Source: Balanoglossus misakiensis (Eukaryota > Animalia > Hemichordata). From it: a stretch of 64,000 nucleotides of DNA. The position numbers and the translations under genes were made by a program. Below are positions 35,606-50,600 of this stretch, one piece after another; position 1 is the stretch's first letter; every line of letters starts with the position of its first letter. The stretch spans positions 10,952,390-11,016,389 of the forward strand of contig CM082580.2 of the NCBI GenBank assembly GCA_040954595.2, read 5' to 3'. A model generated the notes under the pieces. The model had not been told where the DNA came from and searched no databases. It was given only the letters and a program-made list of their open reading frames with translations.

Positions 35606-38600
35606 TTTAGTTTTCAATGAAAACGGTCTGGAGTAATTCTTGGGTCTAAACTTCGCATTAACCCGTCTTCGTGAGCCTTGCTCCACACGCGCCCCTCCGA
35701 ACCTGCCCAAACTAAGCGTACATAGTCCCGGAGGACGAAATGGCGTCTGGGGACCTATGGATTGGACAGGCTCCGTCTCTTCGTGCGATCTGAGATCAGA
35801 ACAGCTTTTACATTTTTTGTAAAGTTGCGATATTTCATGTACACATAGGCCTAGAAGTATGCACTTTCACTTCACGTGCATGAAATAACTGATTCCAAAT
35901 CCGATTCTGTCAAAGATTTCATCACTGAGAATGATTTTTGCGTTGATGTTCGTCATTTCTTTCCTCGTCTATGATGCCACCTCTACCTGCGGCAAAAGAG
36001 ATTTACATATAGCAAATTATGAGCTATCTCCGGTCACGTATGTCGTATAAATTATCGCGCATATTTGCCACGCCCGCAATGATTAATACTGGTGGTATTG
36101 TAGAAGTCTGAAACTGAACGAATACGTTCTTTGCACCCGAGTGCCGCAAGCCGCTTCATAGCAAGACCCGAGTTCCGGAGTGTAGGTGACATGCGCTTGC
36201 GGGCGTTTTTCCTTTTACGAGTCGTCCAATTAAACTGTTAGACTAAATCATATCGTCATATGTCGGTGTTTTCAAATTTGCAAAAAATAGACCCATATCT
36301 GTATTCGTGTCCTTCCTGGCGCGGCTGTAATCTGTAAGTGAATTATGATTGCATCTGCGTTCTTTTATTGGACCGCGCCACATATTCTCTATTAGTGTTA
36401 TCTTTGGTAATTTATACGCATATGTATACATTCTTCGTTGATAATGTCACTCATCGCTCCTGGACATAGAGCAGCCAACGAATTTACGCTGTCTTCCTGG
36501 GTTTAACTACAAACACAGTATGGAGGGAAACCAAGCGTACAATTTAGTATCGAGGGTACCGTTATACTACGCGGCATTTAAATAACAAGGGAGACAGATG
36601 TGCGAAGATACTTGTCCCCTTGTCTCATGCAAGCATATTTAACCGAGTAAAAACTGCTGGCAATATAACCTCCGTACCAAAGTGTCCCCCAAACTCGGCA
36701 ATCTTGTACCGCGGCAATGCAACATTAACCTCGGCGTGAAATGTTAGGGGAAACAGCAACACCAGTCAATATTTGCGTTATTAGAAAGACATTCAGAGAC
36801 AGCACTAAACATCTGAATGTAACGCGAATCGAATTTACGATCAGACTGAGATGTCGTTGGCAATGTTTCAGCACACACCTGCGATTTGCCCGATCGATAG
36901 GGCAAAGGCCCCATGCATTGTGTTCCAATCGGTCAGAAGGAGAAACCTGTCCGCTTGAAAGATTACACGGCGCGTGCTTATCATTAAGAACAGATAATTT
37001 TCACTATCTTACGTAAACTCTTGCTATCCCAATCCACCCAATTTCTTTAAAATAGTGTACAAGATCCAGAGTCTGCACGATTGGGAATCTGCCACATACA
37101 TGTATGTAGCCGACTTCATTTTACCGGAATTAATACTTTAAAAGGCTCAGTTTTATAGCCCGTATGCTCTCTCGTTCTCTCCATTTGATGAGGTCCTCCT
37201 CCGCGTCGTATCAACCCCGGGAACAACTTAGACAAGCTGTGTCGAAGTGTGCTGTCAACCCGTTTGATTTGTACGTCTCCTCCGTGATCTCATCTCGAAC
37301 CACTTTTAGTTCATGATTCCGTGATTCCAAGAACGAAGTGAAGCCACGTGTTGTGTTTGTTGCTATCTATTAATATCTCATTTCCTGTTATTTCAATTAA
37401 TTTCTGTGTGTGTCTGTTATGTGAAGTGTTAAAGTCTGTGTTATTTTCTTAGTAATAAGCAAGATTAAGCACTAACTCACTGCTCGATCGAGTCAACTGT
37501 TTCTTTCGCTGGAGGCGCGCGCGGTACAAATGCATCGTTGGTTTTCATCGTCCCCTGTGGTTATAGAGAATAACACAATCAGTGAAATGGGTTGAAGGGA
37601 AATAAAACACGGTGGAAGGTGGAGGGCTGCCAATAACATTACAATACTGGTTGACCATTTAATAGCAGACGTGATATGTATCATTCATCTCATATCAATG
37701 CGCGTTTGCAGGCGACTTGAGTTGCGCACAAATACACGTCACTTTACACTACGGGTCTATTTAACACATTTCACCAGGGTAATTGGTTAATTAGCGCCCG
37801 TGTAACGTGTGAAAAAACTGCGCAGCAATATATAGACTTCCTACAGAATCACTGGCTTGCATTTCGGTATCGACATCAAATTGCAGTATATAGTAATCTA
37901 AAACGTCGCTGTGCTTTCCAGACAGCCTTCGCATCAGTGCGTCCCATTCAGAGCGACTCCATCTCAGCGAGATTTAGTCATGAGTTTTCCGACACGGTGA
38001 TTCACACCTGATGAAAATAAAACGAAAGGGAGGCGTAATTGCCTCGCAATAGCTGGCAATACATGCGGTTCTCATACCCATGGGATGCGCTTAACGCGCC
38101 GCCAGATAACTGTGTCAACAATTATCAGTGTCTTCGTCAAATATTGACAGGTCGTGACTTGGTCATATCCGAGCTCTTGTCACCATGTTTATTGTTTCAT
38201 CACAGTATATATTGTTTGGAGATATCCCTCAATTACACATAGGACGTTGGGTTAAAGAGACAATAGCGGTATATTCTGTATACATGGATAGCAGTCATGC
38301 ATGCATGCATGCGTGCGTGTATCCACGCATTCGTAATATTCAATGTAGTATATACTTTTCAAGATAGTTCTTTTCAACGTGCATATAGATTACGCGACAA
38401 GTCCAACAATGGTCACCTGGCGACTTGCGTAGATCTGCACACATTGTAGACTGTCACAATGCAATGTGCCACTTTTTCCTTATCCGATATCGTTCACTTT
38501 CCCTTGGAGTCTAGTCTAGTCAGATTGCTTTCTTTGCCAGTAAAGTTTTATGTAACGTCACAATACACACCACAATGAGTCACGGGTTGCCAGTTTTATT

Positions 38601-41600
38601 TCCAGGACAGAAAAAACAATCCCCGTGGATACTAGTTATCAAATTTATTTCCTGGTCACACGTGATCATGAGAAATGAGAATTTGCAATACGGCGACGTG
38701 ACTGCTAAGTTCGCCATTAAAACACGTGTTACGGCTTATGTAAATGTTATGACGCAGTTACTTCTCTTCCCCGAGAGCCAATTTACACTCATCCTCTGTC
38801 AACAGCCTTGGACAGTAAGATGCATCTCTGTGTAACTGGCGATCCCCGGAGATAGAGAATGGGTGCCATAGCCACAGTAAAGACCAGGCATTGAATACAG
38901 GGCGAATACAACCTTTTTGACAACTTGTGTGAGATAATGCCAGTCTATAATGTCATGCAAACGACTGTGTTGGAGGAGCAAAAGCCCGGGGATATACAAT
39001 CATGTTTCACTAGCTAGTCAAATTTCTTTTCAACATCTCAATGCAGAAATTTACGCAAGGCGTGATTTTCTTTTGCTTGTCTGGCTAATTGGCCCTTAAT
39101 CCCCTACAAAGTGGCGTTTCAAACAAATGCCATCCTCTATATTGCCTAATCGTACAAACTAACACCATGTACGTAGGCTGTGCGGCTCAGGTTGTCTTTC
39201 ATAGAAAAAAACCCTGCGATTTCTTCGCGAAAAACAGTCTTAACGGCGTGTCCTTTTTCACCAATCGGTGCTCGCTTTTAGGTAGTGGATTAGAGAAACC
39301 AGAACATGTATTTTGACTACAAAGGGTAAACACCCAAAGTTCAAGACTGTCAATCCCGAACCCGAGAGTTTTTTTCTTCACGGACATCTGTCGATCTTTC
39401 TGAGTTGTTAGACTAACAAGTTAATGGTGATTAGCCCGCCCAAACCAAAGAACACCAATTAATGAGATGTCCTTTTAACCGTTGAATTGTTCTGTTTCTT
39501 TAGTGTCCGCAACACTTCGAATATATTATACCGGGAGCTTATACCCTGGAGTGAACGTGTAAAAACTCGAGATTTCGGGTTGTCTTTTGTGTGGAGGCAA
39601 AGTTAGTTATCTGGTTTCTATATATAGTCCTTGTACGGCGACTTGTGCTCGAAGATATAAAAGAGCCCAGCACATCTGCACAAAAACAGCAGACGGCATA
39701 AAAACAACCAGACTGTGAAAGTAGATGTGGAATCACGACTGTCGCATACGATTTGCGGATCATGGATTGTGTCGAGTTGTCATTTGACGCCAGTTCGCCA
39801 CCGAGATCTGTGTGTGGGCCAACAAAAGGCACCCACCGCGAGCAAACACCGACTGCAGAGACGGGACAAAACGAGCCGTGCCGTCGGGCGTTTACTCTGC
39901 AGCTTATACTATAGTTAGTGGTTGTGATGCTCTGCCACTGCAGATCCCCCGCGAAAATCCGGTGGTGATTTACAGTCGAGGGTTGCTGCTGTATGCACAT
40001 GAGGTCACTTTCACAGACGTGGCTATTTTAATTTCCAACACTGACAAAATTTAAGATTCCAGAATCCGTCGACCAGGTGGCACGAGCTACCGTCCGGAAT
40101 GTTACAACAACGTGCTCATAACACGTGTGTTTGTCGCACTGCATTGGATTTACCAACTCATACATGTAAACGACCATATCAGAAAAATGCTAACCGAGAC
40201 TGGAGTTGTGATTTGTCAGTAATGAACAAACAAACAATTAAAATAGCAAACAGGTATGAAACAAGTCACAAAACAGTGTATTTAACGGAGGACACATGGT
40301 TGTGACCTGGCAGTTAAATATTTGCATTACCAGGCAGACATCACTCGTCTGACTTGGTTATAACACGATCTATGACTGCGCCGTGATGCTTTAACAACAC
40401 GAAAGTGAAATGAAAACCCCGAGTTCGACAATTTCCTGGTGTTTAAAAACCCTAGCCAAGTGCCTTCGAACACTTTATTGGTACATGTAGTTCGTGCGAG
40501 TCATTCTTTTGACGTAACTTAGAGAACATGCGTGACGTCACGAAAAACCTTTGTGTGCCTATTAGCATGATTGGCGCAACGTTCCAGTGTAGTTTCGTCG
40601 GGGGCGACTCCACTAATGAAATGGCAGCCGCTTCTAACCCGGCATTTTCGGTTGCACCCCACCTGCCTCAAGCCACGTGCCATGCTGGACATGTCTATCC
40701 TAACCAGTCCTTGCAGACAAATCTGGCACTGATATCCAATTGTCGACCAACTATAATAGCTTGAAAATAGGCCCGTCAAGGAGACACCAGATACCTGGGC
40801 CAGCCTCTCCTGCAGCAGAGACGGATCCCCCGAAGCATCTCTCTGCTCTAGTCGTCTCTTTACGGCCCTTACAAGTCAGAAGACTTTGATTAGCATTTAA
40901 TTCAGACCCCGAAGAGTAAACCGCCGATGCTTAAATATTTATTTAGCCATAAATCCTTAGTCGCACAAAGGCAGTTGGCTATGAACACTTGAAAAGATCT
41001 TGTTCCTGTAAATAATATTGAAGAATGCGCTACTAGATTTGTACATAGACATTTGTACGACTAGTGAACCAAAAGTGCTTTCTGTTTTACGTCATAGCTA
41101 ATTTGAATATCTACTTAGACAAAATCTAATATGTCTAGCATAGCCTGCTGGGGAAATGATTCCCAGAGAATTTGTCAGATGTCCTTTTAGATCCCTAAGT
41201 ATAACGTATTGCAGCGTGGCACGTCATGAAGTGTCCTAATGTTTACTGTACAGAAGAAAACATCTTAATACATGTAGTTTAGTACACACAGCGTCATTGT
41301 CGTGATTAATTACAAAGTTAATGTAACTGTCCGGTAACATCAACCTTGACAGGCGCTGCCAAACCCGGAAGGCAGTGACACAAACCCCTCCATCCGTAGC
41401 TGACTGAAGGACTCGCAGTGTGCAGACATGATTTCGCCTGCAACTTGATGAAAACATCTGTTCTGGTTCTCGATATAAATTCTCTTGTATAGTCTGAGAT
41501 TAGTCGATTTTATGCCAATCACATATTCCTCGACTGCCGCTGTCTGACACTAGGGCACGGCATATGGCATGCTTAACCGTCTATATTTGAACGCTTAATA

Positions 41601-44600
41601 CGACTTTCAATATTGAAGCCGCTGCTTTGTCAATTTTATCCTGTTTTCGCGATAAAAGCATGTGACCAAAGTGGTCTAGATATAAGGGCCCCAGATGGCG
41701 GATACGTTCAACAGATTGTCGACTCGAGATGTATTCATTGACGTGTCCTTTCCTTGTCCCTTTCAGGAGAAGAGCAACTGTTCAGTTTTTGAATTCTATT
41801 TGTGTAATTGTTTTCCTGACGTGAGAGCTCTTTTCCAATCGCCATCCTTCCTCTAATCTATGACGTGTTTTCGTCATATGATTTCGAACTTTCTGAACCA
41901 TATTTATTGCGTGCAAACTTATCAATCTCTAATGTCTTCATTCACTAAACTACCTCAGCGGTTTAATAGCACTTACTATCGTTGTGGTGGCATGATGTCT
42001 GCAGTCCCGTTTAGCAGGTGTTAAAACGAAGGAAAAACTTAAGATTCTTTCCGCGACTTTTACAATGGCTTTCACAATTTTATAGCACCTGGAGCCATTA
42101 AAAATGTAGAACTACACAACTAGCACTGGTTGCGTAATCGACCGTAAACTGAAGTTGAATTTTGCCCTGATTTTATTGTCTGCTGAATTTCGGCACAATG
42201 GGGTGTGGATTGTTGAAATTAGCTGCAATGTTAAAGAGCCTATACTTCTTGATAAATACCCAGTTGATTTTATTTGGGGTTTGTCTGCCATCCAACTGCG
42301 GTAGTCAAAACAATATTTTACCAACGCGTGGGCCTTGTGAAGTTGGGCCATTGCCTTTCGGAATCCGATCGCCCGTCCGATGACAATAGGCATTGATGAG
42401 ACTTGGCTGAAAATAAAACATGTTTAAACACGTAGTGTTCTATTGCTAATTGCTCAATTGTTAAGATGGGCTATTGGCCGCGAGTGCTGACTGAGAGAGA
42501 CAGAATTTGTCTGTAGACATGCGGTATGTCTTAGCAGGGGGTGATCAGTTATACGCAAATTCCTGGATGCTTTCTTGTGTATTTGCACACGCTGTATAGA
42601 TATTTGGATACTAGGAAATCGAAAGAGTTATCGATATCTTTACTGCCGTGATCGAAACTGTGGGTTCGCAAACCATGTTTATGCGTCATCATCATCGACA
42701 AAAGTTTCCTCGTGAAAATTGACTTAATATACGCAAGGATAATACCATGTACAATTTGACACTGACATATAATTCGATCCGACTTCAAGGTTTTCAACGG
42801 TGCCTGGAAATAAGATACTGGTGTAGAATTTTATTCCGGTCTTCAAATTAAACTCTGGTTCTGGACTTGTCACGGGTTGCAGGCACGTGACATCGCATTC
42901 CTCGTAAACCAGGATTCACTTCGGGGTTCCAGTCTTCCATCAGGAAGCTACGTGTATTTCTCGCGGTTGGGTTAATTCTGGGGCTGAAGCATGGGCTCCG
43001 AATTGCATTGTGGGTAACCAAGACTTGTTGTCGTGACTTGCCTTTTCAATCACGAGGTTGTTGTCTTCGCTGAGAAAGCCGGCATGTACAGTTCCCAGTT
43101 ATTTTTAGCAGAAAGGATTTGCCTCTTCAGGGTTCGATCGCCTGCTGCATGTGGTGTCAATTAGAGTTGATTGGATTCCATTAACTGGAATGTCCTATTG
43201 AAATTTCTTGAACAAGGACGTCTTTTTAATTTTAATGATATCATCCAGTAAGGACGGTATAAAATGACATTTCAGGAGCAAGCATGTATGCCATGCAATT
43301 CCGGGACTGCCACTTAGCGAGTCCAAACGTCGTTTCACAGTCTCCATTCCGAACGTTATAACGTTTAGCGTCGATGTATTGAGCGAGACCCCCCTGTCTT
43401 GATACTGGTGTTTTAAAAGAACCGCATCTCTCTTCATGGTATTTTCTTTCGATGGCGGAACAATAGAGGAAAACATGAAGACGATGTGGGTTTTCATCTT
43501 TTCAATCGGTGCCACTTTCTTTTGCGATGACGGAATCTTTTATTTGTCACGAATGCTACAATTACATTTTTTCACCAGCACTGATCTTATTACTATTAGC
43601 ATAATATTGTCACGATTCCGCACGACCGTGACGGTTATAGGGGAGATTGCTTGAGGGACAGCATGGATTCATATAATAGAAGGCAGGGTGCCGCGTGCTT
43701 TATGGCTATTATCATCTTCATTAATTTGAGATATATACAATTTAAGGATGCAATTTTCTACCCAGCTGGTGATTTTGACCTCACGCATGCACAGTGTTTG
43801 CAAAACCTCAGATCTGCAGCGAAATCCCTTTAGGGGAAGGAAGAAACGCTTGGGTAATTTATCAAACAAGCTAGTCAAGTTTAAATTTGTACAGCCGATT
43901 GCAGTGGTAACAGTACAGTACACATGGATAGAATCGTGGGATAACAGGGAAAAAAACAATGAATGAACATACGTACTTTGCAGTCTGGCAGTATCGGTGT
44001 CTTGTCTGTCTCGTTCTGAATCAATAACTTACTGACAATGGGGCAATTTGGAACAGATGGAGTCAGTATTTGTTTGAAATATTCGTAATTTTTCACTTGA
44101 GAGGACCAATTCATTTCGTCCATCCAAATGCACAACGGATATTTGCGATCCTTATTCGTTAAAATAACAGACGCAAACATTTCTAAAACTTGCTTCGTTC
44201 TGAATAGTCCACATAGGCCTAGTCGATTCTGTTAAAATCTGTAACATGTTAATTATAAGTGCCTGTCATGATTGACACGTTATTGGTGTCAAGAGGTTCA
44301 TCAAAGCAATTAGCATATCTGTCCATTATTCAATTATGACATCCAGGGAATTATGTGCGTGGTGCAGATGCATCCAAAATCTCCGAGTGTGTTTATGAAG
44401 GTTGCTTTAACAGCTGAAAGACAGGTAACAGAATATTAGCATTTGAGCAGTAGGATGTTTTCGAAAATCCGCAGCCCCATCACACATCCCACTCCCCCTT
44501 AACATCCACACTAAATCAGTCTCCTTAAACACCGTACCGTAAACAAAAGATGAAAGTGTGTGCCCGTAAATAGCATCACGGGAAAGCATGAAGGACATAC

Positions 44601-47600
44601 CACTTTGTAGTGTGGGGAGGGTCGGGGTCAGAATGTGTCAAGGATGTCCATGTTTAGTACTGCAATTACATTGTCCATGTATTCACAAGCTGGTCGCTGT
44701 CGTGGCCCGGGCTTTACCATCAGCGCCACTATTAAAAGGCAAAGCCTCATAAATTTCCCCATCGTTGGCGGACACCTGTTGGCACTCGGACTGGATTCAC
44801 GAAGCAATTTGGTGCGTTTTGGAAAATGACCCGCGCAGCTCTACGGAAGCTTTGATTTGTTGATATTGTGCGACCGCAAACACAGTCTGACCGGAGAAGT
44901 GGACCTTTATGACGGACCCGGTGAGTGTTAAGAAAACAAGAATGGCTTGCTTTAACACTTTTAGGCATTTTTTTGATTCCATTACCCCTTTTAATCGTGG
45001 TTTCCAAGTTGTGATATTCATTGCCAATTAGCCCAGGTTTGAAACGCAGACGAAGTGTGCTTCTTGAAGCTACGAAAGGTACGCGTACAAGTGACCTTTG
45101 GTGACGCTACACACCTGTGAGAAAAAAAACCCACACCGCTTATTGAGTGAGCCGACAGTCTAGCTGCTGGGCATCACACGCACACCTTGAAAGTACAGCT
45201 GTCGTGACCTTCATTTCATAAAGGCATGCATGGAGATCTTTACGACGCCGGGTGTCCGTCTATGACGTATGGGTGATACTACCAACTCGTGATTTGCGAA
45301 GACTTTCGTTGCGCTTAAATCGCGTTCACTGGGACATGATTCCACCCCAGGCACTGATACAAATGTCTTAAACCCCATTTAACATATAGCGGTCATCTTT
45401 TGAGTCTTATAAAATAACAAGGAACTGCGGATCAGTCCAGATCTAATCGTAATACAAGACGCAAATTCTTAACGTTTGAATACGTCAAGGAAGGTGACAA
45501 TGCCAAGAGTGTTAATTAGTCACCATCACGATAAATGTGTGCGCAATCAGCAGTGTTATTGTAAAAAAGAATTCAAGTCCGTACTAAAATTCAGTTGTCA
45601 ATAATGGCAACTACTGTTACATGTATATACAGGTTATGGTGACATACAGAATAATGGGTCAATCACCGTGTATTTTTGGTACCGTGTGGGTGGAGTGGAA
45701 TGAGTTATTATAGTTATTGCATAGATCAAAAATACTGGAAAAGTCACATGACACAACCCTTTAAAGCATATAAGAATACTGCGTGATTGTAGAGGACTTC
45801 TATTTTGTATGTGAATTGGTAAATCTTGAAGTTCGGACTGTTCCAACAATGATCATCGGGCTATACATACATTGGTGTGTTGGCAAGCAGATTTTTTTTT
45901 TATTATTATTCAATTAATGTGCGCTCGGAATAGGATGTTACGAAACTGGTCGATACACCTGTAAAATTACTGCCCTTTTAAATAGAGAATTTTGTTTACA
46001 ACTCCCATAAAAGCAAGTCTTTTAGAGTTCCAACCAGCAAAAGTTTCTCTTCCAAACGACCACTCCACTCTTCCAGGAGGGTGGAGGGACGCTTGGATGA
46101 ATTCGCAGAAAGAAGCGGCGTTTGCCACGACATGTTTTCCAAAATTAGCGCAGTCGATCAGATGTGGTGTGACCTCGGTCACGCACCACCAGAGAGAAAG
46201 AACTGTGATGGTACCCGTCATCGATAGATAATCAGAAGGGAAGAATCCATCTCCGGCTAAAGACCACCTTAGCGTTCAATGGAAGTCATAAAGAAATTTT
46301 GTTTTATTGCCGCAAAACCGATCATGATACTCCGTTTGCATAACAAGTTACCAGAGGGGGAACGGAGACTTGTAAATGTAGTTCCGTGTGTCCGTTCGTC
46401 GAACCAGTACTTCACAATCCTTCCACTATGACTAAATGCAAAGGCTGCGTTCCACCCTATTTGCAACCCCGTTTTTATCATGTTGGGGGTACCATTCAGA
46501 TATATTTCGATATGCGACTGGCACAGTTCCTTATATTGGGCATCGTTGTGGAATTACTAGTAATACATGTTCCTGGCAGTCTGTTTTGCAGTTCGGTGTG
46601 ACATGGTTACCGGTCAGCTATGGCAGTTTTCCTCTTCAGGGCTTTTTAGATCGATCAGTCACTCGCCTTGTTGGACTTGTCGTGAAAGGGGCATTCGGAT
46701 TCCGACCTATAATTATAAGTAGGGCGGAGACACGATTATCAACATTAAATCATTCTCACGTCATAAGGCGATAATCACTTGTGTAGCGAAGTGAGCATAT
46801 CGAATTAATTGAATTATGCATGTCACCGATGTCAATTGCTATTTCATCACAAGTCCAAAATGGCGTGATTTATGGACGATGGTCGAGGCACTCTGACATC
46901 GGATGTACAACCAAGCCAACTTGATGTGTGGTTTGTCGATCTGCCAAATCGGGAGGAAAGAACATTGTAAGACAACCGTGTATGTGTAATACACTGCCCC
47001 TTCCCTTTCTCCTTGGCCTTACCTCAATTTACACAATGTGACCTCGCAGTGAACTCTGATTAATGTGCGAGTGTCCAATGACGTGCAGCCTTGGCCACTG
47101 GGATCGACCATACAATGCATCAGACGTGTAAACAACCTTTAAATAGTAAGTTTACACGTGTTTTGTTGACCGTAAATACACTAATAGACGCCTACACAAA
47201 ACTGGAAAGGGAACCACGACATAATTTGTCACCAAAGTACTACACGACGTGCAAAATGTCTTATATAGGTGAAATTTTTAGGAAGGGGGTACAGAAATCG
47301 AACAAGTACTTTTGTTTATTGACTCTCGCTTGACAATGTACGTGTAGACTTCGTCGAGAAGCTCGGCAGGACATCTTTTGAGACATGACGTACATGTAGC
47401 CCGAGTGCTAGTGTACATTTGTAAAGTGTTCTCGTTCGGGTATTGAATGTCCTTGTCCTTGAACGCCCACTTGGGAGATTTGGGGTAAGACGGTTTGTCA
47501 CTACTCTGCGAACAACAACGACACAGAACTTTCGAACAAGATCCGGTCCGTGACCATAACTCCGATTACAATATTGTAGTCGGGTAAAATTATGCAGTTC

Positions 47601-50600
47601 GAAATTGCCAATTTGAACAGATTGGTAAAGCACGTAGGCAAATGCAATGTAATACCTTTGCGCATGGTTGTACCTATAGAGCACTTGGTAAACAAGTTCC
47701 TAAAATTAGACCACTCATTCCACGGTCCAGCAATAACAAACGCTATTGTCTTTCTGACAACCGGTCACTTTTACGTTGTCCTTCCAGTTGATTTATGTTA
47801 CCCACGGGGATCATGCGCCATCAAATTATCCGTGTACATGTACATGTGGCTGCGAGGCAAGGCTGACTTCTTTCATATTTGTCTCCTGAGGGATCAGTTA
47901 GCCAATAGAAGTAATCTTTCCACTGACCATGAGTTGTGCTATTTATCGAAAATCAGGGCTTCCAAAAACCTAGAATGATTTAATTCGAAGACAAACGCAC
48001 CAGTTTTGGTGCATTTAGCATGTGATCAAGTAGAAACCGTTTCAGCGCAGGTACACGCGATTTTGACGTAAGTAATATCAGAATGTGTAGTACATCTATT
48101 TGTCCCGCTGATATTCGCCACGGTAGCCGTATTAAACCAACAATAAAAGCGATGTTTACATGGTAATTGTGTTTAATATCCAGCATAGCTGAACATATAC
48201 AAGAATATATCGTTATAATCTCCAATTGATGAGAAATGACCTTATTATAGAATCACACATGTCCATACTCACGCACTTTAGCATTTTATGGATTTTGATG
48301 ATCTAAATTTAGCACAGTTTTACACATATGTTGGCTTTAGTAATTTATGCATTTAAGAATTATGCAGGAACTTTGCATCACGCTTGTCAACTACCAGAAT
48401 CCCCGCTGGCGAGTTTTCTTATCAGTAACATCATATTGGTGATAAATTTTATTTTTTTAATCTTCTGGTAATAATTTTAATATTCTGTTAATGGAACATA
48501 TAAATATTTTTGATTAAGTCTAACTGTATCCCCGGCTGTAGATCATTTATAATGATTGATGGCGCTGTCAATTGGTATAAATTTTCCATATGATTTTCCC
48601 CCAATAAAGTGAAAATCGAACGTCGACCAAAAAATAATAAACTATGAAGAATTCTTTTAATTTGTTTTTAACCGATAATAATACTGATGATGATAATGAT
48701 GATCATGAAAACGATAATGATCACCCAAATATTATTGTTCTCATTACTTGATGATGACGTCCCTCAGACACGCCTTAGTGCACGGTTCTATATACATGTA
48801 CGTGTTATGGTAAAGGGTTCGAAGAATGCTAAATCTCACTTTAAAAAAACAGAGGGTGTGTGATATTTTTTTCACTGTCAGATTACAGCGTTTCACGCTT
48901 GGTGAGCAAGGAAACTTTTATCATATCTCGTGTTATGTATAGCCGGTTATCACAAATATAACCGAAGTCGCCAAATGTCTATATCTATAGTCCCTATACT
49001 ATTGAGTCGAGCCTCCAGAGAGGGATAATTTAAAAAAAAACTTCTGCTTTTCGCGCTACTTCTCATTAATACAGCACTGGGAACAGAGCGTCCTTCATCC
49101 AGAAAACCAATTAATCATCCACTCATTTATAATTCACGGCCTGTGCGCGTATAATTAATTACCAGGCCTAATTACAGTCCGAGAAATGTAATACTGTATC
49201 TGAGTCTACTCATACTTTTTATTAACAACCAGAGAACATTGTTAAATTCAAATAGTCATTGTCTAGCTGGAAGCAGGGTGATAATTAAATGCTAAAAATT
49301 TACGAAACGATGACAGTCAATCGGAAGTGTTCAAAGAATATATAATCACCTCTGATTTACATATGCCCATATATGGTTAAATCTGTGATTGACTAGATCT
49401 CCTCTTCCTAGGGTAATTTTGGCTAAACTTGCATAGGTATTTTCAGGATTGGTCAAGAATTGAATTTTGTTATTAACATTGTTTTGCTGCCTTGTTTACG
49501 TCTGACTGATGTATAAGCCAGCTACAAGAATTAAACACGATGCTCGGGACAGAAAGTCGGCTAAAGCCGCCCCAAAATGATAAATGTGTTCACCATGCTT
49601 CCCCAGTGTTTGTAGTCAAACAGACTCGTTAGACTAGACACTGAAAAGCACTATGACTCCGATAAAATGTTGTCGTACCTTGTTCTAAAGGTCTTCATGT
49701 TGTGTTACCTCATTCCCAAAGGAAGTACAGTGGATGACGGATTAGGCAAAAAACTGTCAGCCATGTTCGAATTCGAATGCCTTGCGGACCCGTGAATCAT
49801 ATCTCCTGCCTAGAGATTTCCAACATGTTTCCAGATCACTGTGTTGGCTCAAAATATGACATTTGATTCTCCTGGTGGAAAAGACAGTGTTTTATTATTT
49901 ACGTATTTTGGTAGTTATTCAATTGTCGTCAAAAGCATCTTATATTACAGTTTTCAGTTACAGGAAAATGTAATAATGAAAATTTTGGTTCACGAACTTT
50001 CATCGTTTCCAGTAAAATTTAAAATCCTGAGTCAGATTTTATTGGGATTTTTGTTTCTGTTGTCATACATCAAGTAAACCATGTTTGATAGATGAGTAAG
50101 CGATTTATTGGCTGTGGGAACGGGTTATATGCTCAAAGATTAGATGCACCCAAGCTCAAAATGCCGTAATTTTATATGAAAATTCATACTACAATGTTGC
50201 CATCGGGTGACGTCACTCGAGGGAATTGCTGATATTGTAAAAAATAAATCTATTTCATGATTTATATGCTTTGTTTTTATTCTCGAGGGCTCTACGTCTT
50301 TATCATGAATCAAATAAAAAATCGCATATATTGAGAACGATGAAAGCAGTGCACGAAGAAATAGCAATATCTTTTTTTTAATCCCGTACTGGGCGGTTAG
50401 ATTAGACCCGTCGTCATGGTGACTTTCAAAAGTAGGAAAACTTGGGAGAAGTGATTTCGACTCTGCATGTGGAAGCATTGTGGGAGTCTCTTTATGACGG
50501 CCTTTGACTTCTCTGTGACGTCACACTGGCAGCAAACATGTGCATATTCCACGGGGCGATCACACAGATACGAATATAGGTCTCGCCATTGGTTCACGGG

